From NCBI RefSeq assembly GCF_009914755.1, contig NC_060925.1: a DNA stretch of 64,000 nucleotides. One strand, 5' to 3'. Position numbers and translations under genes: made by a program. Positions within the stretch are counted from its first letter, which is position 1. Every line of letters begins with the position of its first letter. Below, piece by piece: positions 1-13,382 of this stretch. A model generated the notes under the pieces. The model made no database searches. It was not told where the DNA came from and saw nothing but the letters and a program-made list of their open reading frames with translations. This stretch comes from the human T2T-CHM13v2.0 reference genome, Homo sapiens.

Positions 1-1378
1 TCCCTCCCCTTTCCAAAGACAGAGGAGCCTCACCCCATGGTCACCACCATGTCTAGCCCACAGGGAATACTGCCAGACTAATAATGTTGTTCCCTTAAGG
101 CCCAAGGGCTCTTTAGTCAGCTTGTGGTGAATGCTACCTGGCCTTGGACTCACCCTTCAGGGCAGTGGGCTCCCATCTGACTCAGGGCAAGTCCAGAAAT
201 ACCATCCAAGAGTCAAGTCCTGCAATCTAGGACCCCAAGAGCCTGCTTGATGTTCTACACCCCTGTGGCAGTGTCGGTACCTAAGGTGCAAGACAAATGA
301 TATTTGAATAAATAGAAAAAGCAATATCCTTTGCTTTTTCTTCTGCTCTTCTCAAGTGGAAGGAGTTTTTCCCCATAGCCACCACAGCTGGTAATATGCT
401 GAGTCTCACCTGAAGCCAGCAAGTCTTATAGGCTCACTCATGGCCTTTAACATAGTACCTGGGTATCACTGCTGGTTATTCAGGGCTCAAGGGCTCTTCA
501 GTTAGCAGAGGAGGAATACTGCCAGAACTGAGTGCTTCTCTTCAAGGCAGCAGGTTTTCTTCTGGCCCAGGGTATGTCTAGGAATGTCATCCAGGAGCTA
601 GGGCCTCGAATAAGAGCCTCATGATGCTGACTGATGCCCTATCCTGCTGTGGCTAAGCTGGTATCTAAGATGCAAGAAAAAGTCCTCCTCACTCTTACCT
701 CTCCTCTCCTCAAGCAGAAGGAAGGGGTCTCTTTTGGAGCTGAGCAGCCTGGGTTTAGGGGAGAGGTGATACCCACACTCCCTTAGCTGCCCCTGGCTGG
801 TGTCTCAGTAGGTTGCATGCCCCATCAGTCCACTGTCTCTGGGCCCAGTTCAGCACTAGGACTTGCCTGGAAGTTCCAGTCCTTGTGGCCTAGACTGCCT
901 TTCAAGTTTATGTAGGGCCCCAAAGCATGTTAACCTGTGATGGCTAGGCTTATGGGAACTGAAGTTTGCACCACTGGGATTGGTGATTCCCCTCTTGCTA
1001 TGGCTGATTTAATTGCTCTCTCCATGGGCGGGCATCCGCTGACTTTTGTCTGGTTTTGTTTTCTGTTTTAATAGGGCAGCACTGAGTACATTGCCTCACT
1101 GATGCTGCAATAAATATCCCTTTCCCCAGCACGAAGAAACACTGTCTGCACCAGGCTGCTGCTGCCAGGGGATAGAGCAGGGGCATTGTTGGTGATTCGA
1201 GAAGGTTTTTCCCACCTCTTCAGTGACTCTTTCAGCGATATGAAGTTAAAACCAGGTACTAAGAGTGTTCACCTGATTTTTGGTTCTTATGAAGGTGCTT
1301 CTTGTGTGTAGATAGGTGTCCTTGTGGCAGGGGGTTGGGGGGTTGATTGGTGGAGCCTTCTACCCCACCATCTTGCTC
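1..1378 (-). mobile_element. Old LINE-1 5'UTR (L1M1/L1MA/L1PB-type 5' end), continuing beyond the left edge of the window
   Basis: The minus strand starts GAGCAAGATGGTGGGGTAGAAGGCTCCACCAATC, an L1 5'-end motif. There is an internally repeated unit of about 385 bp (CAAGGGCTCTT near 103 and 488; GCAAGA(C/A)AAA near 288 and 672). Confidence 0.8.
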
Positions 1379-2334
1379 ATCAATACACCATTAATCAAAA
1401 AGAACTGGGTGAATATCCTGACTTTGTTATCTGTATGAATGTATGTCTTCTAATCTCAAGATATTAAAATACATACCTTGCAGAACCATGGGGGATGAAG
1501 GATCATTTATAAATCAGTAAGCATGAGACAAAATATGCTCTTAACAAATAGCTTCTATTATAAGTAATATATAAAGTACATATTTCCAAAGGGTTGTTAA
1601 GTATGGTCACACACTGAATCCCCCGCCTCCTCTAAAGCATTTATCCAATAGTAAGTATCCATTAAGTAAGGGGAATTTTGAAATATGAATTAAGAAAGTA
1701 AATATTACATGGAATGAGCTCTGCTTATGGCCAAATATAGTGTTAGACAATATCCATATGTCACCTCATCAAACTCTAGTGCCTTGATTATGCATTAAAT
1801 AAGGCTTCCCTAAACAAAATACTTTCAAATATTCCTTTATTTGGTTGCCCTGAGTTTTTACATTCTTGTCCGGTATATTGTGGTAAGATTCTGGATGTAT
1901 TAGGGACATATGCTTAAATTTTTTTCTTTTTGAAATAAGAGTAAGTCTACTGTGAAAAGGGAAATGGGAAAGAAGAACCTACATTATGCTAAGAAAGGGC
2001 ACATATAGAAGTTTAGGAGCTGGAAATTGATTCCTTTGCAATTATAAATTATCATATACCATTTGGAGTGTTCAGGTACTCTCAAGGAGATACACATTCC
2101 AGTTTGAAGACCAGTCTAAGGGAATGAAATGGCTTTGCCCAATATTAAATCCTGTAGAGGAGCAAAAAAAAAAAAAAGTAAGTTAGTATTAAAAATATAC
2201 AAAAAAAGTGATTTACACATGTAATAATTAGAAAAAGTAACCTTTGGCTATGTTTACAAAGTGCATTATTATAATTAAACTTATTGGGTATTTATAACAT
2301 CACTATGAAGAAGTTTGGAATTAGTATTTTTTTA

Positions 2335-2450
2335 AAAAAGAGGAAGTTAAGATTAAGAGAGTTTAAGTGGCTTTCTTAAGGTCCCAAAATGAAGTGGCAG
2401 AACCAGGACATAAACTCAGTCTTCTGGTTCTAAAGATGTGTACCAGATAA
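2335..2450 (-). mobile_element. MIR SINE fragment
   Basis: Decayed MIR core: agagagtttaagtggctttcttaaggtccc...gtggcagaaccaggacataaactcag. Confidence 0.6.
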
Positions 2451-4059
2451 CAGTTATTACCTACATCAATAAAATCTGGGACCATTGTAAATAAACATTT
2501 AAAATCTTTCTTAAATATTGATTTTTGAAAACTTCCTAAAATTAGAATTTTCAAGTGTTTTAATAAGGGAGTATGTAAAGTGTATAGATTTTTTTTCTTA
2601 CTGCCCATGTTTTCTATGAATCATCAAGCTAAAAATTCTATTGCTATTTGGTTTTTAAATCAATATTTCTAGAGCATAACAGAATACACATAAAGACTAG
2701 CAATCAATAGCACCACAACAATTTCAATGGCCATGACTTTTTTTTTATATAAGATATTCAGTATTTCATTTTGGGATCTGAAACATTAAGGAAGTAATGT
2801 GGTGTTTTTAAACTTAACTGAGTACTAATCCTTTTAGTAAATTAGAAATTAAAGCTGACGTACTTCTTTCCAAAATATTCTTTCTTAAGATACTCTAACT
2901 TTACGGTTTTTCTCTCATTGTTAGAATGGGATTATTTACCTACTGCTAATTTTGGATTTAAGCTATTGTTTTTGGAGGAGATAATTTTAACACTAAATTT
3001 TGAGTCTAAAAACCTGTGTGGTAAAAAGGTAGTTTACCAAACACCATTCTATAAAATAATACCATTTTATAAATATAATTTTATAATACTACTCTTATAA
3101 ATACCATATTATAAAAGAAGTTTTAGGAAATGCTTTCGGGTACTTAATGACTAATATATTGCATCTTCTACCGAGGAGAGCCTCTGAGTTTCGTGTCCTA
3201 CATCCCATGGGAGGCCCCTACAGGGGCATGGAAAACCCATTGCATCTCATCACTGCTAACTGACAAATTAATTAAAGCTTATTTCCTGTCCATGAAAGCC
3301 AGTGGTCTTGCCATAAAAGGTGAGCTAGGAGATATTCATTTTTCATACTATAGCATATACATTTAAAGAAAGTGTGTGATTTATAGAAAGTAATGTATAA
3401 GAAATTACAGTTCATTCCCAAGAGGGTCACTCAAATTAGAAAGATCCATCCTAAAATCTAGGCGTATGGAGTTCCTCCACTTTAAAAATCATTTTCTTAA
3501 CCCAAGAATGTAAGTAGGAGACTATCCTTTGATAACTATACTGAAAGAACAAATTTAAAGAAAATATGCAGATGTTTCAACATTTAGAAACAGAAAACCA
3601 CCACAGGAAATAATTAAATAGAAGCATAACTCCGGCCCAAGGACAAGTGTCATTTACCGGTGTAAGGTGAAATAGGAAAGAAAAGGGATGGTGCAGTGAC
3701 TTTTTAATAATGCTATTTTTAAAAACAAGTAAATTCCAAGATGATAGATGATGTCTTTCTTACCTTTTTATTTTACTGGTATTTAGAAGACTTTTTTTAG
3801 TGAGATGATAATGATAGGAAATGGTGGTAATTGTTTATTTTCTAATTCTCCTCCTCTACAGAAAAAAAAGGCTGGTCTTATTATGTGGGCCTTCCTCTGC
3901 CTCATCCTAACTCTAAATGCATGTTTAACACCATAGCATCCCAAAGCCTGGGAGCCATGTGGGATCTGAGGATGGAGAAGACATGCATAAGTGAACAAGG
4001 TCCTTCTGATCTTTCAACACACTTAAGAAAAAAAAAATTTCTTACCTTGCCCCAAGAGG

Positions 4060-4530
4060 CCCCATATGGCTTTCCACCTGCCCACACTTTTTAGCCTCGT
4101 CTCTTCCCACTCTCCCATCTGCTCATTGAGCTCCGGCCGCACTGGCCTCCTTCCTCTCTCTTCAAGAGCCGCACATCCTTGCTTTGCCTCATGGCCTTTG
4201 TACCCGCTAGTCTGCTTGTTCTCTCTTCCTCATGGCTCTTCAGATGGCTGGCCTCTTCTCACCCTTCAGTACCCAGTGCCCTTGGCCATCCCATCTAAAG
4301 TGGCCCCCTTTCTCCTCCATTCACTTTCTAACATACCAGCTTATTTCCCTGATTTCACTAAGTACTAATTTTTATTATTTGTTTATTTCTAGCTTATTTG
4401 TTGCCTATCTCCTCCTGCTAGAATATAAGCTCCCAAACTGTAGAATGTTTATCTTTTTTGTTCTCTGTTGTATCCACTTTTCCAAGAACAGTGTTTGGCA
4501 ATTGACAGTTATTTGATACAATTAATTGAA
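4060..4530 (+). mobile_element. L2 LINE 3' end
   Basis: actggcctccttcctct...tagaatataagctccc...ttgtatccac...aacagtgtttggca, the typical L2 3' region. Confidence 0.7.
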
Positions 4531-4544
4531 AAGAAAAAGTGCAG

Positions 4545-4616
4545 GTAGGGAGAAGAGAAGGGAAGGAAGGAAGAAAAGGAGAAAAGAAGGAAGTAAGGAA
4601 GAGGGGAGGGAAGGAG
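4545..4616 (+). repeat. Purine-rich (GGAA/GA) low-complexity tract
   Basis: gggagaagagaagggaaggaaggaagaaaaggag... Confidence 0.85.
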
Positions 4617-4739
4617 ACTGTAGCAAGATTTTTTTTTTTTTAAGTGAAATAAAAGTCAACTGATTTTGGCAATAGCATGAGTTTAAGAATATTTTGGTTA
4701 TATCCTTATTTGATAATTATCTGTAACCTTCCTTAGAAC

Positions 4740-4856
4740 GAAAATTTTGTAAGTACAAAAACCTTGTTGCTTTTCCACTATTGTATTTCCAATGTCTAAA
4801 ATAGGGCCTGACACAAGGCACTAAATACATATTTGTTGAAGTAATGGATAAATGAT
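4740..4856 (+). mobile_element. L2 3'-terminal fragment
   Basis: ttgtatttccaatgtctaaaatagggcctgacacaaggcactaaatacatatttgttgaa. Confidence 0.65.
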
Positions 4857-4985
4857 GAGCTCCATTTAGGAAATAATGAGATATACTATTAAGAAGCAAG
4901 AATATTTTGAATGACAAGAAGTAATCTTTCTAGCATTTGAATTTGAAAATACGCGAAAAAGAAAACTATACATAATGCTAAATAA

Positions 4986-5314
<329 letters not shown>

Positions 5315-5384
5315 CCCACAAATTATTTCATAAAATTTGCTCAGATTACCTACTTGCCGCATACTGAACTAATAAAGAAAAGAA

Positions 5385-5495
5385 TGCTCATTAGCACCAG
5401 TATGGCCCAGGTAATGTGCTTACCATTTTCACCTGTCACCTGTTTTACCTTACTGGATCCTCATAGCAACTAAATCACATCTGTTTTATAGATGT
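5385..5495 (-). mobile_element. MIR fragment
   Basis: atcctcatagcaac...tgttttatagatg, MIR-like. Confidence 0.5.
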
Positions 5496-5960
5496 AATAG
5501 GGTGTCTTGGCTAGGCGAACACTCCTATAAAATACAATTAGGAATAGTCCTATAATGTCCAGGCAGGATCCAGAACACAGAAGCTCCTTGCACATGGAAT
5601 TAGCCGATATGTCTCCCCTACTGTGTCCATTTACATACACTGATCCACACAGGGGCTGAGAAGCCTTCTGGGTGGAGGGCTTACACCTTCAAGTCACTGG
5701 ATTTCAAGTACATATGAATGTGTTTGACAGACTCACATGACCCTGACAGATGGCAGCTTTTAGGGAACAACATGGAGCCTCTGAGAGTGGCATTGCTATG
5801 GCAAAGGAAGAATCTGGCATTATAAGCTACACCTAACCATATGGCTTGTTCTTCAGTGGGGCATGCTGGGTTCTTCTGGGGATCAGTCTGGTGCTGATAA
5901 TGGAATCTTCTCTCACTCAGCCACTCTGCTGGAATGTTTGTACCCTGTGGAGAAACTGGC

Positions 5961-6576
5961 TGTATATTAGTCAGGGTTTCAGTTCTAGATCACACAAACT
6001 ACTTTAAGCAGAAAGTGATTTAACACGGATGCTTACAAAGGTGATGGAAGGACCGGGGGACCTGGAATTAGCCTGAGCTTCTGGGAACAGTATTGAACAG
6101 TCCCTGAACAATACTGTAGATCCGGCCAGTTAAGGGTGTCATTCTCACACCATCACCACAACGTGGAGGAATCAGTAAGTTGCTGGAAGCAGAATACCCC
6201 ACCTCATCCACAAGCCAAGGAGCCAGAAGATGCCACCACCACTGATGGCTCCAGTTCCACTCCATCTCAGCTATGATCCACGCTAGCAGAATGAATGCCC
6301 CATGCCCTGCCTCTTGACACCACAAAGCCAGGGACCGTGTCATCACCACTGCAGAAAATCCTTATGCTTCCATGATCATGATTGCCAGCAAAAATGACAA
6401 AAGCAGGAGATCAGCTTCCCTCACGTCACTCTTGTCTTCTACATCTTGGGTGGGTGTCTCTTCTTGGAGAAGCTAGGTCCCATACAGAATGTGAGCTGTG
6501 AAAGGGGTCCAAGAAATGTTATTTTTCATGTTTTACCCTCCAGAGTGCAGGGAACCAGTGTGCAATATCTGCTATA
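5961..6576 (-). mobile_element. MaLR LTR (old MLT1 family)
   Basis: Starts tgtatattagtcagggtttcagtt...tactttaagcagaaagtgattt, the reverse complement of an MLT1 3' end. Confidence 0.6.
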
Positions 6577-7164
6577 GCTTACATGTGTGAATTGAAAGTT
6601 ATGTCTCTGGGTGCTGAAGCCCCTTAGAGCACAAGCAGTTTTGATGTGGGATGACTACAATAAACAGAAGGGGACTCAGATAATCTTGTGGGAACTTCCT
6701 CAGTGAAACACCCAAAGGAGAGTCTCTTCCGCATTTTTCAAGAATGACAACAGATATCTGGCAGAGAGGGACAGGGATAGCATTTCAGGTCCACTACAAT
6801 CCAGGTATGTAGGTCTCTAACTCCACTAACATCTGAGCAGCAGAAAAAGAATGAAGACAACGGTCCCACTTGGGACAGAAACCGCAAGGAATTGTCAGTC
6901 CTGAAGCTTTGGGCTCTAAATTAAAGTTGATTCATTAATACATGTAAGCTCCCTTCGGGTCGTGTAGAGAACTGGGGACCTGGAATTGTCATTGTAACGT
7001 CAAAAAGAGGGGTTAAATTTCTCAAGATTACCATATTAATATACCTTGATTTGAACTCATGTGGGTCTTTTGGTTATGTTGGTGAAGATGATGAAACTTA
7101 GATCAAGTCATCACTTTGCCTACATAGGAGTGGACCTATAATTTGACTCTCTCCAAAGTGGATA

Positions 7165-7720
7165 GTATTTATATTGGGATACTTTTGACCAAAAGTGACA
7201 GAATATCATGCCTCATATTGTCTTACACAACAAGACATTTATTACTCCCCATAATGGGAAGTCTGGAGATGCCATGAGCAGGGTGGCAGGGCTCCAGCTC
7301 TCTTCTGACTCATTTAGCTCTTCCTCACTCTGATACTTCAGGTTGGAGACAAGATGGCTGCCCTGGTCAAGGCCTCAGGCCAAGCATGATGATGGCATTT
7401 TGAAGAAAGGTGTCACATTCACCTCTGGTTTTCCTAAGATGATGGAAATTCTTTTTTGTAAGTCCCCCGGCAGACTTTCTCTCATGTCTCATTCACTAGA
7501 ACCAACCCCCTTCTCTAAGCCTATCCTTGGGAAAAGAAATAAGATGACTGTGGTTGACTACACTAACTAGGATGCACCACTGTAGCTAGGAGTGGACTTG
7601 ACTTCCCCTGAAGCACAAGGCAATGTGAAGAAGTGTGGTCACCTAAACAATATCAGTTATGCTAGAAAGGAGGACAATGAGGATAATGGAGGTTGGGTAG
7701 GCAAGGAATGATGCCAGCTT
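7165..7720 (-). mobile_element. MaLR LTR (MLT1J/L-like)
   Basis: aaaagtgacagaa...gggaagtctggag...caagatggctgcc...cagactttctctcatgtctcatt. Confidence 0.6.
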
Positions 7721-8350
7721 CGACCTCTCCATTAAATAGTTAACTATTTTCCTGGGGGAAAAATTATGAGAAAGTTACTTTTGTTAAGGTTGGGTGATAC
7801 ACTGAGGAATGAGGGAACACCCAAATGCCAGGGGAGAAGAGGCAAATTTAGAAAAGAGTGAGAGAGAAGATGGACTGTTTCAAAAGATGGAGCACAGAAG
7901 GGAATCTGTTGTACAATGGAAACAACAAAGGTGCTTGTACCATAGGTATGTACCCTGGTAAAGGTTTTTATGAGAAGGTCTTCTGAAGAAGAGGCAGGAC
8001 ACAAAGAATTCCACAGTTAAAGAGATCCAGGAGACCAGCTGGAGGAGTGTCTGACAAGAGAGCAGGAATAAAGTGACAGATGAGAAAAAGAAAGGAAAGA
8101 AAAGGATGAGGAGACCTGCTGGCCTGTAGTTAGTCAGTGCAAAGTGCTGTTGCTGGGATACCTGTTCAGGTGCTGCTGGGAATTACAGTCTCTGTCAGCT
8201 GGGTTCTGAAGAGAAGAAGTGGTTCTTAAGTAGCTGACACCCTTTGTGTCTCTGGTTATTAAAAATACAATTTAATGATGTGGGAATTCAGCAGAGCAGC
8301 AATTCTGAGGCTATCACCTTGCACTTACTACCTAGTAAGAGAAGTTTACC

Positions 8351-8384
8351 AAAAAAAAAAAAAAAAAAAAAGAAAGAAAAAAAG
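8351..8384 (+). mobile_element. Solo poly(A) insertion flanked by a TSD
   Basis: A-rich tract between exact direct repeats GAGAAGTTTACC (8339-8350 and 8385-8396). Confidence 0.75.
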
Positions 8385-9427
8385 GAGAAGTTTACCACTT
8401 TTCTGTTTTCTCCTGGCTGACTTCGGAGCTGCAGAATCTGAGTGTGATCTGTCAAAGGGGTAGGAGCTCTAAATTAAAACGAACAGCACTATAGTTTCTC
8501 CTAAACCTTGCCCAGAAAGTCTTAGTTACTGAACCACAAACCAGTCACTGCTGTGGTCCTCTGGAATGCTTTCTAGGGATATCCCTGTACAGATGCTCTC
8601 CAGGAACCCTTTCAAACCTCAAATCTTTGTCTCCCCGATTCCTGTTATGTTGCATATAATGCTTAAGTTTGTAGTACCTGGCACCATTATGAATGAATAT
8701 ATGGTGATCTATGAATGGATATTTGAGCTTTACGGATATTTTATGATCTAGGTGCTATTTTATAAAATGTGGACACCTGGTGTTGGCATTTAAAAGAAGC
8801 TGACTTATGTAAGCATACTACTATAAAAAGGAGGGAAAAACTAGCCTTAGACAACAGCCCTCTTTTGGTGCTTACTTATCCAATCAAATTTTGACTCTTT
8901 GACTCTCACATATATGTCCCAACAGTTGTGGCCTGGTTGAGGTTGCATTATTTGTAAACTCTTTTGGCTCTGTATGTGGACTTGACATCTTGGTCCCATT
9001 CTTCACTCAAAATATTCTTCCAATTCCAGCTCCTATGGATTGCTATAAAGGAAATTTTCTGCAGCATCCCTGGACATGCTGGTGTTAGCTCCAAATCTCC
9101 TCAAAGAAGGATCAGGCAACTAGCATAAATCCAATCAGGAACATCTCTTTGCTCTTCAAGAGCTAAGCACTGAATGTGGCCATTTGATGTGTTATGCTGA
9201 ATGTATTTTGAATGTGTTTAGAAGATTGAGCCACATGTTCCACTCATGAGCCTCAGCAGAAATCAAGGGAGAGGCTGATTTTCCTTTAGAAAATCAAGAT
9301 TCCTTACCAGGAGAAGAAAGTATAGATATTGGGCATCAAGATTGATAGATGTCTACTGTAATCAGTCACATAGAAGTTTCAGGAATTTAATGGGTTCTCA
9401 GCCCAAAGTATTTACATTTCAACCCTG

Positions 9428-10318
9428 TGTAGTGATTTTCTACAAGGTTACGTTGCCTCGGCATCCATTTTAATAGGTTTAATTTTCTGATACCAGAAGT
9501 GAGCTTGGTCATCCTTGACATAATTTTCAGTTCTCTGCCTTTTCCCAGTTCCTTAATATGGTCAATCCAGATATCTGTCTTGCACAATCCCCTCCTGGTG
9601 ACCACCTCCACATAGCACAGCTAGATGCAACCTACCGGACCTGCCCCACTGACCCCCACAACCCACATGGACTGCACAGACATGCTGCAGCAACCATCTC
9701 TCCCTCAAAGCATGACCCCATGGAATTTGTGCTGGCTTGCTCAAAATCCAGCAGTTAGAACTCCCCATGGAAAACCTGCATGGGTAATGCCCTGAACCAC
9801 AATAAAGACTTCAGTCCACAGGTCCCTCTTTCTCTCTCTTGCTCCCCACTCACTGGTTGAGTGTGTGTGTCCTGGACAGCTCCCCACTTTCCCTTGGCCC
9901 TGTGAGGCATGCTGCCCTCTTCTCTCTGATCTGCAAGTAATAAACTGCTTCTGTTATTTTACGCGTTTTGTTGAGTTGCCTCCTCTGGGTCTCAACTAGC
10001 CAACACATTTGAACTTAACATTTTTCTTCATCAGGGCTCTCCTAAAGAGTGGCTATCTGGTAGGAATAACCTGGACACAGATCAGACAAGAGTCACAAAG
10101 GTGTCATCAGTAAAAACAGGTTTTCTGTGAGAGGCACATTGCTCATGGGTCAGACGCTTAGGCATTTGGCTGGTCTGCCGCGATAAAGAAGAATCCTGTG
10201 AAAGGCTCATTGTAAGCATTCATGGCCAAATTCCTGGAGCCCCGTTAGGCAGGGCTACACTTTAGAGCCACTTTTGCAAAAGAGACCTCAAGACCAAATT
10301 AGAAAACAAAATACAACA
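9428..10318 (+). mobile_element. Solo ERVL-class LTR (MER54-like)
   Basis: TG...CA termini (tgtagtg...atacaaca), exact 5-bp TSD CCCTG (9423-9427, 10319-10323), internal AATAAA signals. Confidence 0.85.
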
Positions 10319-12364
10319 CCCTGAAATTAGATTTTTGAATATCGAAATAAAATTTCAGATTGTGGAGTCCAGGTTTTTTATACATCTTGAGAACCTCATC
10401 TTTCTTCTTGGTTATTTTAATTATGTATCTAATAAAGGCAGTAAAAATGACTTAAAATAAAAAATTATTTTACATTGTTTGGAATAGATCATTATTAACT
10501 TATTCCTAAATTATAGCATCTAAGAGAGTCTCTGCTGCACCTCATTACAAGATGCAAAAATACAGCAATTCCACAGTTGCTTTGTTGGAATAATTCCATA
10601 AAATGCAAAACACCATCAAAAGTACCAAAAAAAAAGGAGGCTAAAGATGTGAAGTTTAACATATAAAACAATCTTCTGAAGAGGAATGTGAAGCTCCTTG
10701 CACCATGTGATTAGGTATTAGCATATAACAGTATAAAAAGTCATACTTAACTGCAAAGAAATACTTTACTAATAATGGGGTATTGTTATGCAGAGATTGT
10801 ATTTCTGATTAGAGAACAAATACCATATGTTCACCTGCTCCATGGGCATTCCAGTTTTGCATACCAGGCACGTACTCTGCTACATGCATGGCAGCACTCA
10901 ATTTGGAAAGTGCTATGTTGCTTGACAACATCCCCAGATCTGCTCATTGGGAATTGAAGAGATTGCCAATCACACGTGGTCTTGACAATCATCCCATCTG
11001 CACATGCAGGAAACAACATTAATGGTCCTGTCATCCTTCCCCCCTCAAGTACTCAGGACAGACAATGCACTAGGGGATAATGAGGTCCATGATCTCAACC
11101 ATTCCTGGTTCCTGCACCTGTATGTTTGCAGAGGCTCAAGGGGTTCCTCTGAAAGCTGAAGATCCAGAGGATAAAAATGATTCACAGATACATGCTTAGT
11201 TAATGAAGTAGAATCTCTTTGTTTATCTTGGATAAACACCTGGATATGAATCTGTGTCCAAGGCCTATATCACTTACTTTTATTGTTATTTGTGATTTTA
11301 GTTCTGCAGTTCTTTGAATACTAACAGCCTTCCTTCCTGGTATAGAGATCTTTCTGCTTTTTTCAAATCTTATGAAGGAGATAGGAGAGAGTATCAGTTG
11401 TGGTTGCTTATGCAGACAAGGTTAGGGGTGGGTATAATTAATTAGGATGCTTGGAAAGTTTGTGAGTTGCCAAAGTGATAAAATCTAAAGTACTGATGAC
11501 ACACTTTGGAGAGGATGGAGAAAGAGATCATGGAATTTTTGCATCATGGACATATTTTTCTCCTTTAGTCTATAAGAGTTTATATGTGCAATTCTTGGCA
11601 CAAAGTAGGTGTTTAATAAATATATGTTGCATGTTGAATTAATAAAATATAAAAACATGATGAGGGCAGGATAATTTGATTTTCTAATTATGTCTGGGTA
11701 AAAATGATGGAGTGATGAAAAAGCATATAATTTCTTTCTAGTCCTTAATTGAATGAGAAAAGAAGTGTTCATTCAATAAGACAAATAAACAAATGCTAGC
11801 AAAAAATAATGACCAAGAACCTAACAGGAAAAAGGGAGCAATGGTTTATGGTATAAAATTTAAAAATATGTATGTAGCTCTGGAAAGAAAGAAAACTTCA
11901 GCTTTGCTGGCTCCAACTTCACAAAATTAGTTCTAGGGAAAGAAAATGTGTCAACCAAGTTCTGATAATTCTCTTTTTACCCTTCATTTGGAAAGAAAAG
12001 GACTTAGGAAGTGGTTTTCTAATTTATTCTCTTTAGTCCTGGATGGAGTAGAAGTAGTTTTGTGAAGAGAGAGGCAAGTGGGCAACCTTATCAACCAGCA
12101 TTGACTGAGTCTGATGAAGCCTAAGTGCCAAAGCTCCATATGAAACAGCGGTAACAATACAAGGCCAAAGAGACCCGCACTGAAGAGGACATACCTCCTC
12201 CAGGCCAAGTAAATAACGCTAAGATTGTCAACCTGAAATAATTGAATATTAAAGCAATGCCAAGTGTGAGCTTCTATTGCAATGCAAAAGGGCATATTTT
12301 TCTATCTACTTTAGAGTGTTCTATGTTCCAATAAAATTCTTTGGGCTTTGTGCTAGTAAGAAAT

Positions 12365-12423
12365 GTAACAAACCTGCATGTTCTGCATATGTATCCCAGA
12401 ACTTAAAGTCAAATAATAAAAAA
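12365..12423 (+). mobile_element. Ultra-short 5'-truncated L1PA 3' end (about 60 bp)
   Basis: gtaacaaacctgcatgttctgcatatgtatcccagaacttaaagt plus an A tail; TSD AAGAAAT (12358-12364, 12424-12430). Confidence 0.85.
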
Positions 12424-13064
12424 AAGAAATACCAATGAAAAATGACCCCCCCCCCCACTATTTAAAACTAGAAAATAATTTTACTTCTGCTAGGCTCATT
12501 TCTATCGGCACCACCTACCCCTTAAACACCTGCTTTTAACCATGTAACAAGATGCATTGTTATTTGTCCCTCTCTTCCTTTATGTTTATATAGAGTGGTT
12601 TTCACTTAAAATATCTGATGATTGCAGAGAGCAGCAAAAATATACTCAAAAGCATGGGGGAAATGATGGCTCTTTCTGTTCGTTTTTTCTCCCACAAATG
12701 ATGCTCCATATAGTAGTTGGTTCATCCAGCAGGAAGAATGGCAGATGGAGTTTACTAATATATGAGTACATGAAATGGAAAAAAAAAACAAATAAGCCAC
12801 CAGGAAGAGGGCTTCCAGAAGAAACATTATGATAGGACATTTATTCAATAAATATGAGCTCAAACATATCTTATCCCTGGAAATCAAGTTAAAACACACA
12901 GCCTTGATATTCTTGCTATTTCTGAACCAGGTCCTGTCTAGCTTTCCTGAAGCTATCTAGACAGGACTAGGTTAGCATCTTTCCAGTACTGCAAAAAGCA
13001 AAACAAAACCAAACGTCAACAACAACAAAACCCTATGTTTTCTGTGTACTATTTAAACATTGTT

Positions 13065-13382
<318 letters not shown>

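Noticed and set aside
6056-6987. Repeated 14-mer GGGGACCTGGAATT at about 6056 and 6974
   Set aside because: The similarity does not extend on either side and it does not bound a recognisable element with a tail. Probably chance.
8275-8463. 62-aa ORF with a poly-lysine, NLS-like stretch
   Set aside because: The lysine run is simply the translated poly(A) insertion.
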